From Paraspadella gotoi (taxonomy: Eukaryota > Animalia > Chaetognatha), in contig CM119267.1 in the NCBI GenBank assembly GCA_051294375.1, forward strand, positions 9,201,709 to 9,265,708: 64,000 bases of DNA, given 5' to 3'. Each line of letters starts with the position of its first letter. The first letter of the stretch is position 1. The position numbers and the translations under genes are program-made. Shown one piece after another: positions 40,957 through 54,325 of the stretch. The notes under the pieces are model-generated. The model was not told the origin of the DNA. It saw nothing but the letters and a program-made list of their open reading frames with translations, and made no database searches.

Positions 40957-42390
40957 ATGGAAGTGGTGCAGTCTTTGCGTCGGACCGAGTTTCCGGATGA
41001 TGTCAAAGGAGCGTTGAAACACATCGAGAGAATCTGCATCTCCTTGAAAGACGGTTCGGTCAGCATTCCCGGTAAAGATGGAACTGTCCTTGGCCTGAAA
41101 AGACTCGGTTTAAAATATGATAACTCTCTTAGGATTGGCCGAGGTGCAACAGAGCGATGTCCCAAGCGATTTCATCGACGAATTCATTTTCCATCAGTTG
41201 GACTGGCAAGGAAACCGAAGACAACTCACCGCCATTCATGAGCTGCAACTTTTGGATATTCTTTGCACCTTCTTTCAGGCATGAAAATATACCTAGTTGG
41301 GTTTACCCGTGTTTTATTCTATTCCCACCCATTTAATTGCAAAAAATAATTATTTTTAAAGGATTGCAAAAACCCAAGTCTTTTCCGCCAAGTGTTTTCC
41401 CGGCTGTTTCCGCTAGACTTGTCGCCGCACAATTACCGATGTGTTGTTCTTTGCAAATCCGTCTCTCTCTCCATCGTCGCAAATTCGTCGTCGTTTCTTG
41501 CCTGCGTCGCCGAATGGTTGAACCAGGATATGCTGGGGAATTCACCCGATGGGGCGCATCTTCCCGGCCTTAGTCAGGCCGTCGCAACCGCCCTTGTCCA
41601 AGACTACTGCCTCCTCCATCACGAGACTCCCAAAGGCCTCGTAAACGTTGCGTCGACTTCGCCGGAGTTCGCCTGTTTCTTCGTTCGTGCCATCGGTCAG
41701 ATGTTCGCCATGAATGGTTCCCCGCAGTTCGGCTTCGGATCGCCCCCCGCCCCACTACTCACGGTCATTGCCGATTGGTTAACGGAGAATCCCACCCTTT
41801 TGCGCACGCCGGTCGCCGTGCCACCTAACACGCCCCCGCACCGTAAGCAGCAGCTTCAAACTGCACCATTGTTCGGACTCGTCCGATGGTGCGTCAAAGC
41901 CCCGTTGATCGAAATCGCCTGCTCCAAGCTGCTAAAGCGGGTAGAGGCGACGCCAAAAAACGCTTCCACGGTCGCATCCGCCAAAACACAAGTCACGCTC
42001 ACACCCGTCTATTCTCGCCTCAACCTCGCCGTCCTCAATTCTCTCACTACTGAACTGGAAGATGGTTCGCTGTCTCGCCCCAACACGTCGCCCACGGAAC
42101 CTTTTCTCATTAGTCAGATGATGCTTTTGGCCCAAGAGTTATTGACTCTGCATCAACAGGTCCGTAGTGACGGCGCGCAAACCCTGCTTTCGGACGAAGG
42201 GCAGCGGGAGATAGAGAACAGAGCGCTAGGAGTTTGCTTGGATCGCTTGGCGCAGACGATTCAAGTGGCGAAGGCCACGAACTTCCTTTTGACGCAACAG
42301 GGAGACTTAAATCGACTTCAGTCGTGTTTGCCCGAAAACGCTCTTTTGAGAGTAGTCGTTTCCCATTGGGACGGCCCGCAAAGATCATGA
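40957..42390 (+). CDS. INTS15: Integrator complex subunit 15 (C7orf26-like), 3 exons, one GC-AG intron (41279-41361)
   Basis: DFIDEFIF..RQLTAIHELQLLDILCTFFQ|D..RQVFSRLF..KSVSLSI..LACVAEWL, LVQDYC, PLFGLVRWCVKAPL, LDRLAQTIQVA. Confidence 0.8.
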
Positions 42391-42489
42391 TATCTCAATT
42401 TTTACCACATTTTGTTATTTGGTTGCCTATTTTAAACATTACCTTTTAATTTTATTGAGTTGTCATTTTTTTTGCAATTGAAAGTAAAA

Positions 42490-44232
42490 ATGAGCTCTGG
42501 GTTGGATTCCGACATGGAGGATGAAGCTCGAGACTCCGACGAAGGCGAAGCCGAACCGATCAGGATTAAAAAGCTTAAGATCGATTCCTCACTTCGTGTG
42601 CCCATCGCTTCGTTTGAGAGGTAAACAACTAAACATCTCTGATAATGATTTTTTTTTTGGGGGGGGGGAGGGGTACCGGTAGGGTGAGTCATATGCCAAA
42701 AGTTTTTTGGATCGCAAAGAACATCTAACACAAAACGGGTGGGCCTAAAAAAATAGGTTTCCACCAATCACTACTCAAATTGATTGAACACCCTTAGCGC
42801 TACCAGCGCTTGAAGGATTTTTGGCACACCTTTCACATCAAAATTCACTGTGTCTAAAGCATAAAAGATTTTATTGTCCAACCTTATTTATCAGTTAGAA
42901 AAATCTATGGAGTTAATTCATGTCAAATTTCAAGACAAAACTACATCAAATAGCTTTACAACATCATCAGCAATCTGCTGGAGGAGGTAGAAGCCATTAT
43001 ATTGATGTCTATATCTTTTAAGTTGGGGGAGTAGCACAAAGTGTTTCTATATAGTTTTATTCACAAATAAGTGCTCTAAATGATAAAATAAGTTTTTTAA
43101 AAAAATATCAGTGTAGTCACATCCTGGAGGATTTTTTCTGTACAAAACCTATAATATACTAAAATATACACCAAATATTGTATTATAATTTCTAATATAG
43201 TATTAATAAGTTAAGCAAGATAGGGTAAAACTGTTTGATAAATTTCATCTTGATTGATCCACAACTTCTCAAAGGAGCTTCTTTTTAAACTCCTTGAATT
43301 AAATCTCCACATGCTATCAATTTGAAAAAAATAAAAATTATACTTTCAAAAATAGCTTTATTAGTTGCCAAAACACTCTGGGTTCAATGTTATTTCATTA
43401 TATTAAGAGTAACATTCTTGACATGCTCTGTAGAGGCTTCCCCAATAAGTTGAAGGATGTGGACGAAATGTTGCAGGTGACAATTTCTTTATGAAAGCCA
43501 TTCACTTTTAATTAAAAACACAATTTTGTTTTTAAAACTAAACCCCTAATCACATTGATATATTTGATTGAGATGCGCTCACATCCTTATGGATTTTTCT
43601 CGTCAGAGACTGCTTGAAGGATGACAAATATATATAAAATATTTCTATTATAATTATTTTGATGATCAAATTTGCACAAAAAAAAATCTTAAAGTATAAG
43701 GATCTCGCAAGGGTATAGTATCAAAGAAAATTAATGAAAAAGTACTATAATCTAATTTGCATATTGCAGTAAATCATAATGAAGTGGAAATTCAAACAAA
43801 AAATACTTGAATCGATATGAACAAAGAAAATGGACACACATTTCAACTTCCTCACTGCCTCATTAATGGAACTTGATAACTAGATACATTGTTAGGTAGT
43901 TAAACCATAAACCGACAAAAATAGGCAGTAAAAATCTTAAAAGAATAGGTTCGAGCCTCCCTTCAATGATAACCAAAATATTGATGCGATGATAACCAAA
44001 GGATTGATGCGATGATAACCAAAAGATTGATGCGATGATAACCAAATATTGATGCAATGATAACCAATAATTGATGCGATGATAACCAAATGATCGATGT
44101 GATGAAAACCAAATGATTGAGGCGATAATAACCAAATGGTTGATATGATGATAGTCATTCATTGATGTGATGATAATCATTCATTGATACGATGATAGTC
44201 ATTCATTGAAGCGATGATAGTCATTCATTCAA

Positions 44233-44263
<31 letters not shown>

Positions 44264-47200
44264 AGAAAGAGAATAAATCCACCAAAAATCTCGGATGTAA
44301 ATTTGGGATTTTGCATTGAGAAAAAGCGCGGAATAAATGGTGATAATAAAAGTTTTTAAAAGGAAAAAAATAATCAAAATTTTTCAAAAAACGATCACGC
44401 AAGAGATCGTACAGAGAGAGAGAGAGACAGAAGAGAAAGTCAGAGAGACAGAAAGAGAGAGAAAGAGAGAGACAGACAGAGAGAGAAAGAGAGAGAGAGA
44501 GAAAGCAGGACAGCAGCTGGAAGGCAGCTGAACAGTCACTGCAAAGCCTGAACTAGTTTTTTTAAAAGGTTCAGAAAAGGCAGCAGCTGACAAAAATAAG
44601 AAGAAAAATACATATATAATTTAAAGAAATAAAAGAAAGGAAAAAAATGTTACAATAATCTGAATTTTTCAAAAAACGAACGATCACGCAAGAGATAGTG
44701 CGATGATAGTCATTCATTGATCCGATGATAATCATTCATTGATGCAATGATAGTCATTCATTGATGCGATGATAGTCATTCACTGATGCGATGATAGTCA
44801 TTCATTGAATTAGAGAGAGAGAGAGACACAGAGAGTGTACGAACACTAGTGGGTTCGTGCGACTTCGAAATCGGGAATCTAATTTGACGCCATCGATCAA
44901 ATAAGATAGAGAGAGAGAGACAGAGAGAGAGAATGAATACACGGATACGGTCATGGGCACACAGTCCGCGGCCTATACTATATATATATATAGAGAGAGA
45001 CGGAGAGAGAGAGAGAGACAGAGAGAGAGAGACGGAGAGAGAGAGAGAGAGAGTAGTTGCCCCTCAACGGCCACGAAATCTAGGCCAAGTAAGTTATTGT
45101 ATTTTGGGATTTTGTATTGAGAAAAAAGCGCGGAATAAATGGCGATAATAAAAGTTTTTAGAAATAAAAAAATAATCAGAATTTTTCAAAAAACGAACGA
45201 TCACGCAAGAGATCGTTCAGAGAGAGAAAGACACACACAGAGAAAGACAGAGAGAGACGGAGAGAAGCGTAACATTTCTGCGTATGAGTTATTCTTCACT
45301 TTTTCTAAAATAAATCCACGAAAATCTTGGATGTAAATTGGGATTTTATATTGAGAAAAAAGCGCGGAATAAATGGCGATAATAGTTTTTAGAAGCAATA
45401 TAAAAGGAGATAGACCGACGCGGGTCTATTACCCCTCTCCTTCTCATTCACCTCCTCCTCATCCTACTCCCAATGATTCGGGGCCGCGTTCACGAGATTC
45501 AGTTCACCTTTCTCTCTCCTCCTTCTTCTTTGTTGTCTTCTTTATCGTCAGTTTTATCTTCCTCTTCGTCGTCATTTTCGTCGTCATCTATGCCGTCGTT
45601 TTAATCGTTTTCTTCCTTGTTGTTGTCGTCAGTTATTTTCTACCAATCAATCAATCAGAAAACTTACTTAGTCTTAGAAGCCATTTGCAAATTTGCAGAT
45701 TTACAGTTAGGAACACATTTAAACTGATTCACTGATTCAGACAAGAAAAGCAAAAAAAAGTGAATAAAAATTTGGGTTTTTTGTAAAAAAAAGATCTATA
45801 TATATATGTATATTTATATAAGACAAAAAAGAGAGCAATTTATTTGTTTGTCAAAAATTTTTTCAAAATAATTAAAATTTCAATTAATAAATCTTACCTT
45901 TTTTATTTAGTTTCGCGGAGAAAATAATTTAGCGTTACTGTTTTTGAATTATGTTAATATCATTTTGTTATTAAAAATAAAAAATTTAAAAAATGTAATC
46001 GCGGAAACAAAATATGTTGTTACCTACGAATATATAATATTGAAACTAATATAGTGTTATAATCATCATAATTTTTAGCAAATTTGATCATCAAAATAAT
46101 TAAATAGAAATATTTTATATATATTTGTCATCCTTCAAGCAGTCTGTACGAGAAAAATCCATAAGGATGTGAGCGCATCTCAATCAAATATATCAATGTG
46201 ATTAGGGGTTTAGTTTTAAAAACAAAATTGTGTTTTTAATTAAAAGTGAATGGCTTTCATAAAGAAATTGTCACCTGCAACATTTCGTCCACATCCTTCA
46301 ACTTATTGGGGAAGCCTCTACAGAGCATGTCAAGAATGTTACTCTTAATATAATGAAATAACATTGAACCCAGAGTGTTTTGGCAACTAATAAAGCTATT
46401 TTTGAAAGTATAATTTTTATTTTTTTCAAATTGATAGCATGTGGAGATTTAATTCAAGGATGTTTAAAAAGAAGCTCCTTTGAGAAGTTGTGGATCAATC
46501 AAGATGAAATTTATCAAACAGTTTTACCCTATCTTGCTTAACTTATTAATACTATATTAGAAATTATAATACAATATTTGGTGTATATTTTAGTATATTA
46601 TAGGTTTTGTACAGAAAAAATCCTCCAGGATGTGACTACACTGATATTTTTTTAAAAAACTTATTTTATCATTTAGAGCACTTATTTGTGAATAAAACTA
46701 TATAGAAACACTTTGTGCTACTCCCCCAACTTAAAAGATATAGACATCAATATAATGGCTTCTACCTCCTCCAGCAGATTGCTGATGATGTTGTAAAGCT
46801 ATTTGATGTAGTTTTGTCTTGAAATTTGACATGAATTAACTCCATAGATTTTTCTAACTGATAAATAAGGTTGGACAATAAAATCTTTTATGCTTTAGAC
46901 ACAGTGAATTATGATGTGAAAGGTGTGCCAAAAATCCTTCAAGCGCTGGTAGCGCTAAGGGTGTTCAATCAATTTGAGTAGTGATTGGTGGAAACCTATT
47001 TTTTTAGGCCCACCCGTTTTGTGTTAGATGTTCTTTGCGATCAGACTATTTTTCCTTACAGCCTTGGTATGCCGCTGAGTTCTAAGTTCAAAGGTGCCTC
47101 GGCGGCAGTGTTCGACGTCAAGTCCAGCTATCTCTCGTCAACTGAAACGAACATGAACCAAGTATTGGCGATGGAAATACCTATTGTAGAAAATGGCGAT

Positions 47201-49465
47201 GAAGGAAAAAAGTCTGAGAAGTTCAGGTTATTAAGTCCAAATACTAATTCATACAATTTTTTTTTATTTCACAACTGCATTTCAGTTGCTGTAAGAGGGT
47301 ATATTTGCCTAAGATGAGATAAGCATATTTTAAGAAGTTCAGTGTAAACAGTTTAACTATGAATGCGCAATTGCGCATTTCACTAGTATCTTACTTGAAA
47401 GAATCTTGACTTGACATCGGTGAAGAATGCTCGCTAACTATGTAGACTAAGTCTTTGATATATGTATATTGTATAGCTAGTTTGCTTTGCCTGAAGTAGA
47501 GAAATGGAAACTTAATTTAACACTATTTATAGATCTCTATTATATTGTGCTTAGACCTTATTGGACAAAACTTTGCACTATTAGTGATTAACTGTTTAGG
47601 ATGCTAACCTTATACTGATTGAGCTCTGATAAGGATAAATGGACTCTAACAACAGAGTGCGTCCCCAAAACCAAAGTTGAATAATGGTTAAACTTCTGAA
47701 TAAATTAAGGAATCACTAAATATGAGCAAGTTAACTATTTAGGTAATAATATATCTAAGTATTATTATTAATTAATTAGTTAAATTATTACTATAACTCA
47801 TGTTAATCATTAACATTGCTAAAGATTATATTTAGCGAATGGAAACCGTAAAACAGAACTTATATTAAAATCCAAAATGAAAATGGACACATTTAGATTT
47901 AATACTACAATATGTAAATGAGATTGAGAAATTCAATCTTATTTAAGATCATATTAAATAATCATCTCTTGCATGAGTACGTTTTTTCATGAGTGAGAGA
48001 CAGAATTTATTTTTTAAACTTAAAAACTATTCAGATTTGAAGGATCGACTCCGTATAACCCAGACAATAATTACAAATCCTTCGCCGCCCTTGTTGACAC
48101 ACGAACCGGAGAAACTGTTTTATATCCAGCCGATATTTTTATGATGATGCCCTGCGTCGACGGGTAGGCCGAAGACTCTCTTTACATGCATTTTAAAACG
48201 ACCTCCCTACATAAATTAATTTTGTTATTTATGAAGCTTCGGAGATCATCCTTGGCGTCTCCGCATGGACATAGCTCGTTTGAAAGACTCGGAAAAAACT
48301 GATACTGGAGCTGAAAAAATGGCCAAAAGCGACGCGCTCTCCGCGACTTTTGGAACATCCAAGAAGCGGCGAGAGCGGAAGGCAAAGGAGGCGAACCGGG
48401 TTGACGACACGGGCCTCGACGGCGAAGGTATCGACGCCATCGTTCGCGACGCAGCGCCGTCCTTTGACCCCAAAATGAAAGGTATTTTCGACGTCGTACA
48501 GAAAAATCGCATTCGTGTTTCTTTGCTTACCTTACCTTCTTTGTCTCGCCTACTTTTCTCAGCCTGCGTTCCCGGCGACGAACTCAACATTCTGCCGTCG
48601 ATGAATCTCGAAGCGACAAGAAAGGAGGAAGTTTTCGACATCGACGACATCATCCCTCCCTATGTCGTCGAAGCTCTGCTATGCATTCCGGAGGCGGAGG
48701 CGATGATTCGCCAGGATAGAGACGCGCTTCAGAAACTCGTTGCCGATAAGTCTTTGCCCGTATTCTTCCTTGACGAGATCAAGTTTCTCTCCCAGGGTGA
48801 GAGAGTAGCGGAACGTCAGTTGGGCAAGTAGACGTTGTTTATGTCTTTTTCTTTTATTCACTACGCAGACGAAGAGCGGCGAAGGGATCAGACTCGAAAT
48901 CTTTTTTTCGTCCATATTCTCCTTTGTCTCTTTGCGAAGAAAAGTGGTGAAATAAGAAGGAGAAACGCCGGGTTTCCCGAGTCATGGTCGAAAGATCTCA
49001 TTGATCTCTTATTCTCTCGTTACACTAAGGTAAGGGAAGGAAATGAAGTTTTCGTAATCGTTGATTCAGCTCGCGATTTTTCCCTATTAATAATTAATTT
49101 CTTAGGAAAATATCGGCGGTGACGGTAAACGTCGAAATAGAGTAATGCCTCAAGTGCTGAAAGACAAAGCGTTTCTTCATGCCTTGATCATTATGATTAT
49201 TCATCACGATTATAGCTTTATGGCCGACGAGGTTGGTTTTCTTTTGAAATTAAAAAAAATCATTTTAAGTGTCTTTCTAAAAATAAAATTCGATATTCAG
49301 TTTCTCCTGGGAATAAAGATTCCCCCCGAAAAAGTGTCCAACTTATGCCGACTCGCGCGTGTACTCAACGGGAGAAGAGCTCAAAGGACTTGGATCGAGT
49401 TAACGTTACCTTTGCCCGAATACGAGGATAAAAAACCAGAAAAGAGTCGAAAGCGAAAAAAATAG
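42490..49465 (+). CDS. POLR1E: RNA polymerase I subunit RPA49/PAF53; multi-exon, first intron 42621-47061 expanded by an inverted-repeat element
   Basis: FAALVDTRTGETVLYPADIFMMMP, DALSATFGTSKKRR, LPSMNLEATRKEEVFDIDDII, LKDKAFLHALII, IELTLPLP with a basic C-terminal tail. Confidence 0.8.
42710..47042. mobile_element. Foldback-like element: ~965-bp near-identical inverted arms (42710-43675, 46078-47042) around a ~2.4-kb core rich in minisatellites and microsatellites
   Basis: GATCGCAAAGAACATCTAACAC... at 42710 is mirrored by ...GTGTTAGATGTTCTTTGCGATC ending 47042; arms match with few differences up to TTTTGATGATCAAATTTGC. Confidence 0.9.
43960..45400. repeat. ATTGATGCGATGATAA minisatellite arrays, (AG)n microsatellites and three copies of a ~60-90 bp block
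   Basis: Arrays at ~43960-44230 and ~44700-44810; TTGGGATTTTRYATTGAGAAAAAGCGCGGAATAAATGG at ~44302, ~45104 and ~45338. Confidence 0.85.
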
Positions 49466-49747
49466 TTTGTTGTACTATTGATTTGTTTCGGTTTGTTCGT
49501 TATAACCTGTTTTTATTTTAGGTGGTAATATTACCGATAGTTTGTGGGTGAGTTGCCACTAATTTAAACAAAGAAAAATTTTGAATGACAAAAGAATAAA
49601 AAAATATATTCGCTTCCGCCCAATGGCGAAATCCCTGAAATCACAATGAGGCTCGAGTCAAAGAATTCTAATCGTTGGTAACGCCCAATGAACGTCCTTT
49701 ACAAAGTTCAGCTTCAATTTCTCCCTGTCCTCGATCTTTTTTTCAAA

Positions 49748-51442
49748 ATGCGTCGAAATACCCGAATCATTTTTATTCTGGCCCTAGTGTGGATCGGCGG
49801 CGTCATCTTGTACGTCTACCGCGATCGTGGGGACAAACCCGCCGTCAACAAGGGGTTAATTCTCAAGAATTTCGTTCCCAACGACCCCGAACACAATGGC
49901 CCCACAGTGAATGAGCGTCCCGTCGGATCGGCGTCCGACGGTCACCAACTCACTTGGCAGTTGTTCGACGAAAAGGCCTATATTAAAAAAACTCGTCTTA
50001 AGGACGGAGAAGACCCATACCAGGCTAACAAGTTTAATCAGGCGGAAAGCGACAAGCTGGCGTCCAATCGTCCCGTGCCCGACACGCGTCATGGAAATTG
50101 TCGTCGCATCGAATGGAAGACCGAGACCCTTCCGAAAACCTCAATCATCATCACATTCCACAACGAGGCTAGGTCCGCCTTGCTTCGGACTGTCGTATCC
50201 GTCCTCAATCGCAGTCCCGAGCATCTCGTAGAGGAGATCATCCTTGTTGACGATTTTTCCAACGACCCGGACGACGGACTCGAGTTGGGCAAGATTCAGA
50301 AAGTTCGTGTGTTGCGCAACGACCGACGCGAGGGACTTATTCGGTCGCGGATCAAGGGGGCCGACATCGCCAAGGCTCCTGTTCTCACCTTCCTCGATTC
50401 TCATTGCGAGTGCAACGAAAATTGGCTGGAGCCTTTGCTGACGGAAGTGCACACGGACAAGACAAAAGTTGTCAGTCCCATTATCGACGTCATCAACATG
50501 GACAATTTCGGCTACATTGGTGCGTCGGATCAACTCCGAGGTGGATTCGATTGGAATCTCATCTTCAAGTGGGACTACATGTCGGCCGAGATGCGCAACG
50601 CCCGTCGAGCTGATCCGGTGGCCCCTATCAAGACTCCGATGATTGCGGGCGGCCTATTCATGATCGACAAATCCTGGTGGGAACAGCTGGACAAATACGA
50701 CCGAATGATGGATGTTTGGGGCGGAGAGAACTTAGAGATTTCTTTCCGCGTCTGGTTGTGCGGGGGCCAGCTCGAAATCATCCCATGCTCCCGCGTTGGC
50801 CACGTCTTCCGAAAGCAGCACCCATATACCTTCCCGGGCGGAAGCGGCAACGTATTCGCGCGCAACACTCGCCGCGCCGCTGAAGTGTGGATGGACGATT
50901 ATAAGTCTTTTTATTACGCGGCGGTGCCTTCCGCCAAGCACGTCCCTTACGGCAACATCAAACAGAGGCTTGAGTTAAAGCAACGTCAAAAGTGCAAACC
51001 CTTCCGTTGGTTCTTAGAAAACGTTTATCCCGAACTGAAAGTTCCCAACGCTCAGGACGTGGCTTTCGGTTCTATCCGCCAGGGCTCCCTCTGCATGGAC
51101 ACTTTGGGACACGTCAACGAACAGAGCGTCGGCGTCTACGATTGTCACGACACAGGCGGGAATCAGGAGTGGGCTATGACGAAAGACAAGGTTATCAAGC
51201 ACGGCGATCTCTGCGTAGACGGTCCCACCCCCGTCGTCGGAGCCACCCTCAAGCTCGCCTTCTGTGACACGAAAAAGCAAACCCAAAAATGGGAGCGATT
51301 CAATCACGATTCCATGATAAAACACTTGAAAAGCGGCCTTTGCATCGATAGCGTCGTTCACAAAAAGAAAGGTTTAACATTAACCGCCTGCGATACGTCC
51401 GCGTTGAGTCAACAGTGGAAGTTCACGTTAAATCGCCTTTAG
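49748..51442 (+). CDS. GALNT2: Polypeptide N-acetylgalactosaminyltransferase 2, intronless
   Basis: Type II TM; [36 protein letters not shown] (DxH), [33 protein letters not shown]; ricin lectin with QxW. Confidence 0.93.
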   Translation: MRRNTRIIFILALVWIGGVILYVYRDRGDKPAVNKGLILKNFVPNDPEHNGPTVNERPVGSASDGHQLTWQLFDEKAYIKKTRLKDGEDPYQANKFNQAESDKLASNRPVPDTRHGNCRRIEWKTETLPKTSIIITFHNEARSALLRTVVSVLNRSPEHLVEEIILVDDFSNDPDDGLELGKIQKVRVLRNDRREGLIRSRIKGADIAKAPVLTFLDSHCECNENWLEPLLTEVHTDKTKVVSPIIDVINMDNFGYIGASDQLRGGFDWNLIFKWDYMSAEMRNARRADPVAPIKTPMIAGGLFMIDKSWWEQLDKYDRMMDVWGGENLEISFRVWLCGGQLEIIPCSRVGHVFRKQHPYTFPGGSGNVFARNTRRAAEVWMDDYKSFYYAAVPSAKHVPYGNIKQRLELKQRQKCKPFRWFLENVYPELKVPNAQDVAFGSIRQGSLCMDTLGHVNEQSVGVYDCHDTGGNQEWAMTKDKVIKHGDLCVDGPTPVVGATLKLAFCDTKKQTQKWERFNHDSMIKHLKSGLCIDSVVHKKKGLTLTACDTSALSQQWKFTLNRL

Positions 51443-52184
51443 ATGAAATGCCCCCCTTATCCCACTATCGCTCGCTCACCCGTTTGAATATTGGCAACAA
51501 TCACTTGCGCCTCTCGATTCCATTTATAAGTTTTTGTTCAGTCTTATACATAAATAATTTCGACGGCGATTCTTTTTCTATTTATGAGCACTTTTTTAAA
51601 ATCACTGGGAGTTATATGATCGTTTTAAAGACTGCACTTTTCAAAGTGAAAACCGTTTTCAATTTCATCTATTAAAGTCATTTGGAAATATAATAAGTAA
51701 TCATGCCACAATCGAGATCAACGGCTGAATTTTACAGCTAGTCATCGACCGTGCGTCTCACCTTTTCTGATAATCTAAATTAAGCTAATTCCGCTTTCTA
51801 GCTTGCATCACATTCTTTTCTTGTGTTTATATGCCGGACGAGAACTCGCCATCGCAATATCAGTGTTACAATTTGAAAACGGTGCTGCATTGGCCGTGCT
51901 AAATGTTGTTAGTATAAAAATCGTTTGTAATAACAAAAGACGTAAATCATCCAGTTAATCAATGGCACCATTGTTTTGCTTCTGAGTTAAAATGTTGCTG
52001 ATAATTTCGTTAGTGTCATCTTTAGATTAGAACCTTTTTTTTTTCCAGAAGCACCACCCCCTTTTTTTATTGCTAGCTTTTAATTTTACAACTACGAAAT
52101 CGTTCCTTGGGTCAAAATTTTCCGACTTCGTTGATTTCTATTTTTTTCTTAAGGGAGAAAAAAGATGCTAAGATTGACGAAACG

Positions 52185-53939
52185 ATGATGGCGAATTCCG
52201 ATGCCTTGGAACTTTTATTTCCAGCTTCTTCCGCCGCATCGGGCCTGGGACTCCAACTCGTCGGAGGTCGCGGAGAATCTGATCACCCTTCTCTACCGCC
52301 AACTCCCATCTACGTTCGGCGCGTTTTACGCGATGGCGTTGCGTGGAGGGACGGCCGTCTTCAACGCGGCGACGTCGTCCTCGGTGTCAACCACGTTCGC
52401 TTCGGTGACGTGACTGCGAGTTTTGCGCGAGACGCCTTGAAGAGCGCGTGTGCTGTTGCCGCAGCATCCTCCGCCGCCTCGAAGGATGAAGGCCCGAATG
52501 AAGGAACGCTGAAACTTATCGTGAAAAAGGGGAGCGAAGAGGGTGATCACGAGTTTCACTCGATCCTGGCCATGAGTTCCGACGTATCGTCAGTTAGATC
52601 CCGTTCTTCCGCCATTTCTTTGAGAGAGGACGACGATTCATTTTCGTTTGCTTCTTCTTTCGGTCCGCTGCCTCCGCCGCCTCCAGTGCCCGATATTTAT
52701 TTAGGCCAGTTAGTTGACGAATTGGTCGATGAGGATCCCACTCGAATTCGACATGATTTCAATTCCACCCCAACTTTTCTTTCAGACTTTCGATTCTCCA
52801 ATTCCAAACATTCAGTATTTACGTCGGAAAAATGTCACCAGACTCAGGATTTCATTCCAATTCCCAGACTGATTTCATCGCTGAGACATTTGGGCCTTGC
52901 AGAGAACGACGCCGCGGTCGACCTGTTTCTTTCCGCTTTGGACAAGGAAGGATTCTTGAGCGCGGACAAAACGGCAGCCCCGGCAAACCGCGTTTTCGAG
53001 GTCGCCAAAAAAATGTTTAAGTCGCCAATACCCGGCGATTCGCGGGAATCATGTGGCAGCAATCGCGCGATTAATACTGTATGTTTAACGGCGAACGCTT
53101 CGACCAACACGGCGTCGCGACCCGAAGATTTTCCAGCGGATCTAAAGGTCTCGTCGGATATCATTAAAAGCCTTCGTCAGGAGCGGGACGACGCCGTGAT
53201 CGAGGCAAAAAAAATACGAACGAATCTGGAGGCAACCCAATCACGAGTTGACCGACTGGAGAAGGATCTCATGAAGTTGCGTTTGGAGCAACAGGCGACC
53301 TTGACCGAGAATCGTCAACTCGAAAAAGATCTGTCATCGAGTCGTGACGAAATCCAAGTTCGTCGTCAGGACGAAAAAGATTTTTTCAAGGTCATCAGCG
53401 ACCTCGAGGTTGAGGTGGAGAGATTAAAACTTGAAGTCGAAGACAAGAAGATTCACCCCGATGTGTTAAAAAGGATGTCGGTGCTGACCTGCGAAGTTAA
53501 GAAGCTCAGAAAGTGGTCAGCCGCGCAAGAGGCGGGTTTGCACAAGCTCTTGGGGTTTTTGGAAGAGTTGCACAAGCACCTGGTGGAAAAAAGCGACCTG
53601 GAGAAAGACGATGCCCTTACCAGCTCGCTTTCTTCGACCCCAACGATTCGGACGATGGCGACGGAGTGTCGGCAAACGGTGCTGTCGGTGAAGAATCTTT
53701 TAGACGGGAGCGAACCCTTGCCCTTTGGTTGGGAACGAGTTTCTGGTGAAGACGGCTTCACTTATTTTGTCGATCATGTAAACGAGAAATCATCGTGGGA
53801 AAATCCCTTGTCGGCGGAAAACTTTAAATCGAACTCATTTTCAGAGCCGCTGACAGATTTGCTGAATAACCACGAAAATATAGTTACTGACAAATGTGAA
53901 TCTCAATCCGATATCATTCCCACCGACGCAATCCTTTGA
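52185..53939 (+). CDS. STXBP4: PDZ + coiled-coil + WW protein, syntaxin-binding protein 4 (Synip)-like, intronless
   Basis: PDZ GLGLQLVGGR..IYVRRVLRDGVAWRDGRLQRGD; long heptad region; WW LPFGWERV..YFVDHVNEKSSWENP; this domain order matches STXBP4. Confidence 0.7.
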   Translation: MMANSDALELLFPASSAASGLGLQLVGGRGESDHPSLPPTPIYVRRVLRDGVAWRDGRLQRGDVVLGVNHVRFGDVTASFARDALKSACAVAAASSAASKDEGPNEGTLKLIVKKGSEEGDHEFHSILAMSSDVSSVRSRSSAISLREDDDSFSFASSFGPLPPPPPVPDIYLGQLVDELVDEDPTRIRHDFNSTPTFLSDFRFSNSKHSVFTSEKCHQTQDFIPIPRLISSLRHLGLAENDAAVDLFLSALDKEGFLSADKTAAPANRVFEVAKKMFKSPIPGDSRESCGSNRAINTVCLTANASTNTASRPEDFPADLKVSSDIIKSLRQERDDAVIEAKKIRTNLEATQSRVDRLEKDLMKLRLEQQATLTENRQLEKDLSSSRDEIQVRRQDEKDFFKVISDLEVEVERLKLEVEDKKIHPDVLKRMSVLTCEVKKLRKWSAAQEAGLHKLLGFLEELHKHLVEKSDLEKDDALTSSLSSTPTIRTMATECRQTVLSVKNLLDGSEPLPFGWERVSGEDGFTYFVDHVNEKSSWENPLSAENFKSNSFSEPLTDLLNNHENIVTDKCESQSDIIPTDAIL

Positions 53940-54325
53940 ATAATTAATCATTAAAACTGTTTCAACATACGATCTCAACGCCCCCTTTTTTACCCAGCCC
54001 AACGTTGGGCAATGCCTTTTATGCCAATGTTTATTCTTGCATTAGTACTTCCAGTGGCTTATTATTTCTCTCCGTATAATCGGTTTATTTATTTTTTATT
54101 TTTTCAGAATAGTATGTGGTGAGAATGAATCGAACTTTGAAACAAAGAAGGTTGGCTGTGATATTTTTTAGTCACGAACGAAGAAGAAGACGGCCCCGAA
54201 CCCCGAGACTCGATCTTCTCGAAAAACATTCGATCTCTCTTGGGAAACCAAAGCTGATGTAAACCAATGCCTAGAATTTTTTTGTGCTACTCTCCACTTC
54301 GAAATTCATTCCAAAGAAATTCGCG

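Noticed and set aside
43863-45735. Low-complexity ORFs (IIAS/ERER/FFVV-rich)
   Set aside because: Translations of minisatellite and microsatellite DNA
42432-47317. Two ORFs starting MVETYFFRPTRFVLDVLCD on opposite strands
   Set aside because: By-product of the inverted-repeat arms; no transposase motifs recognised in the arms or core
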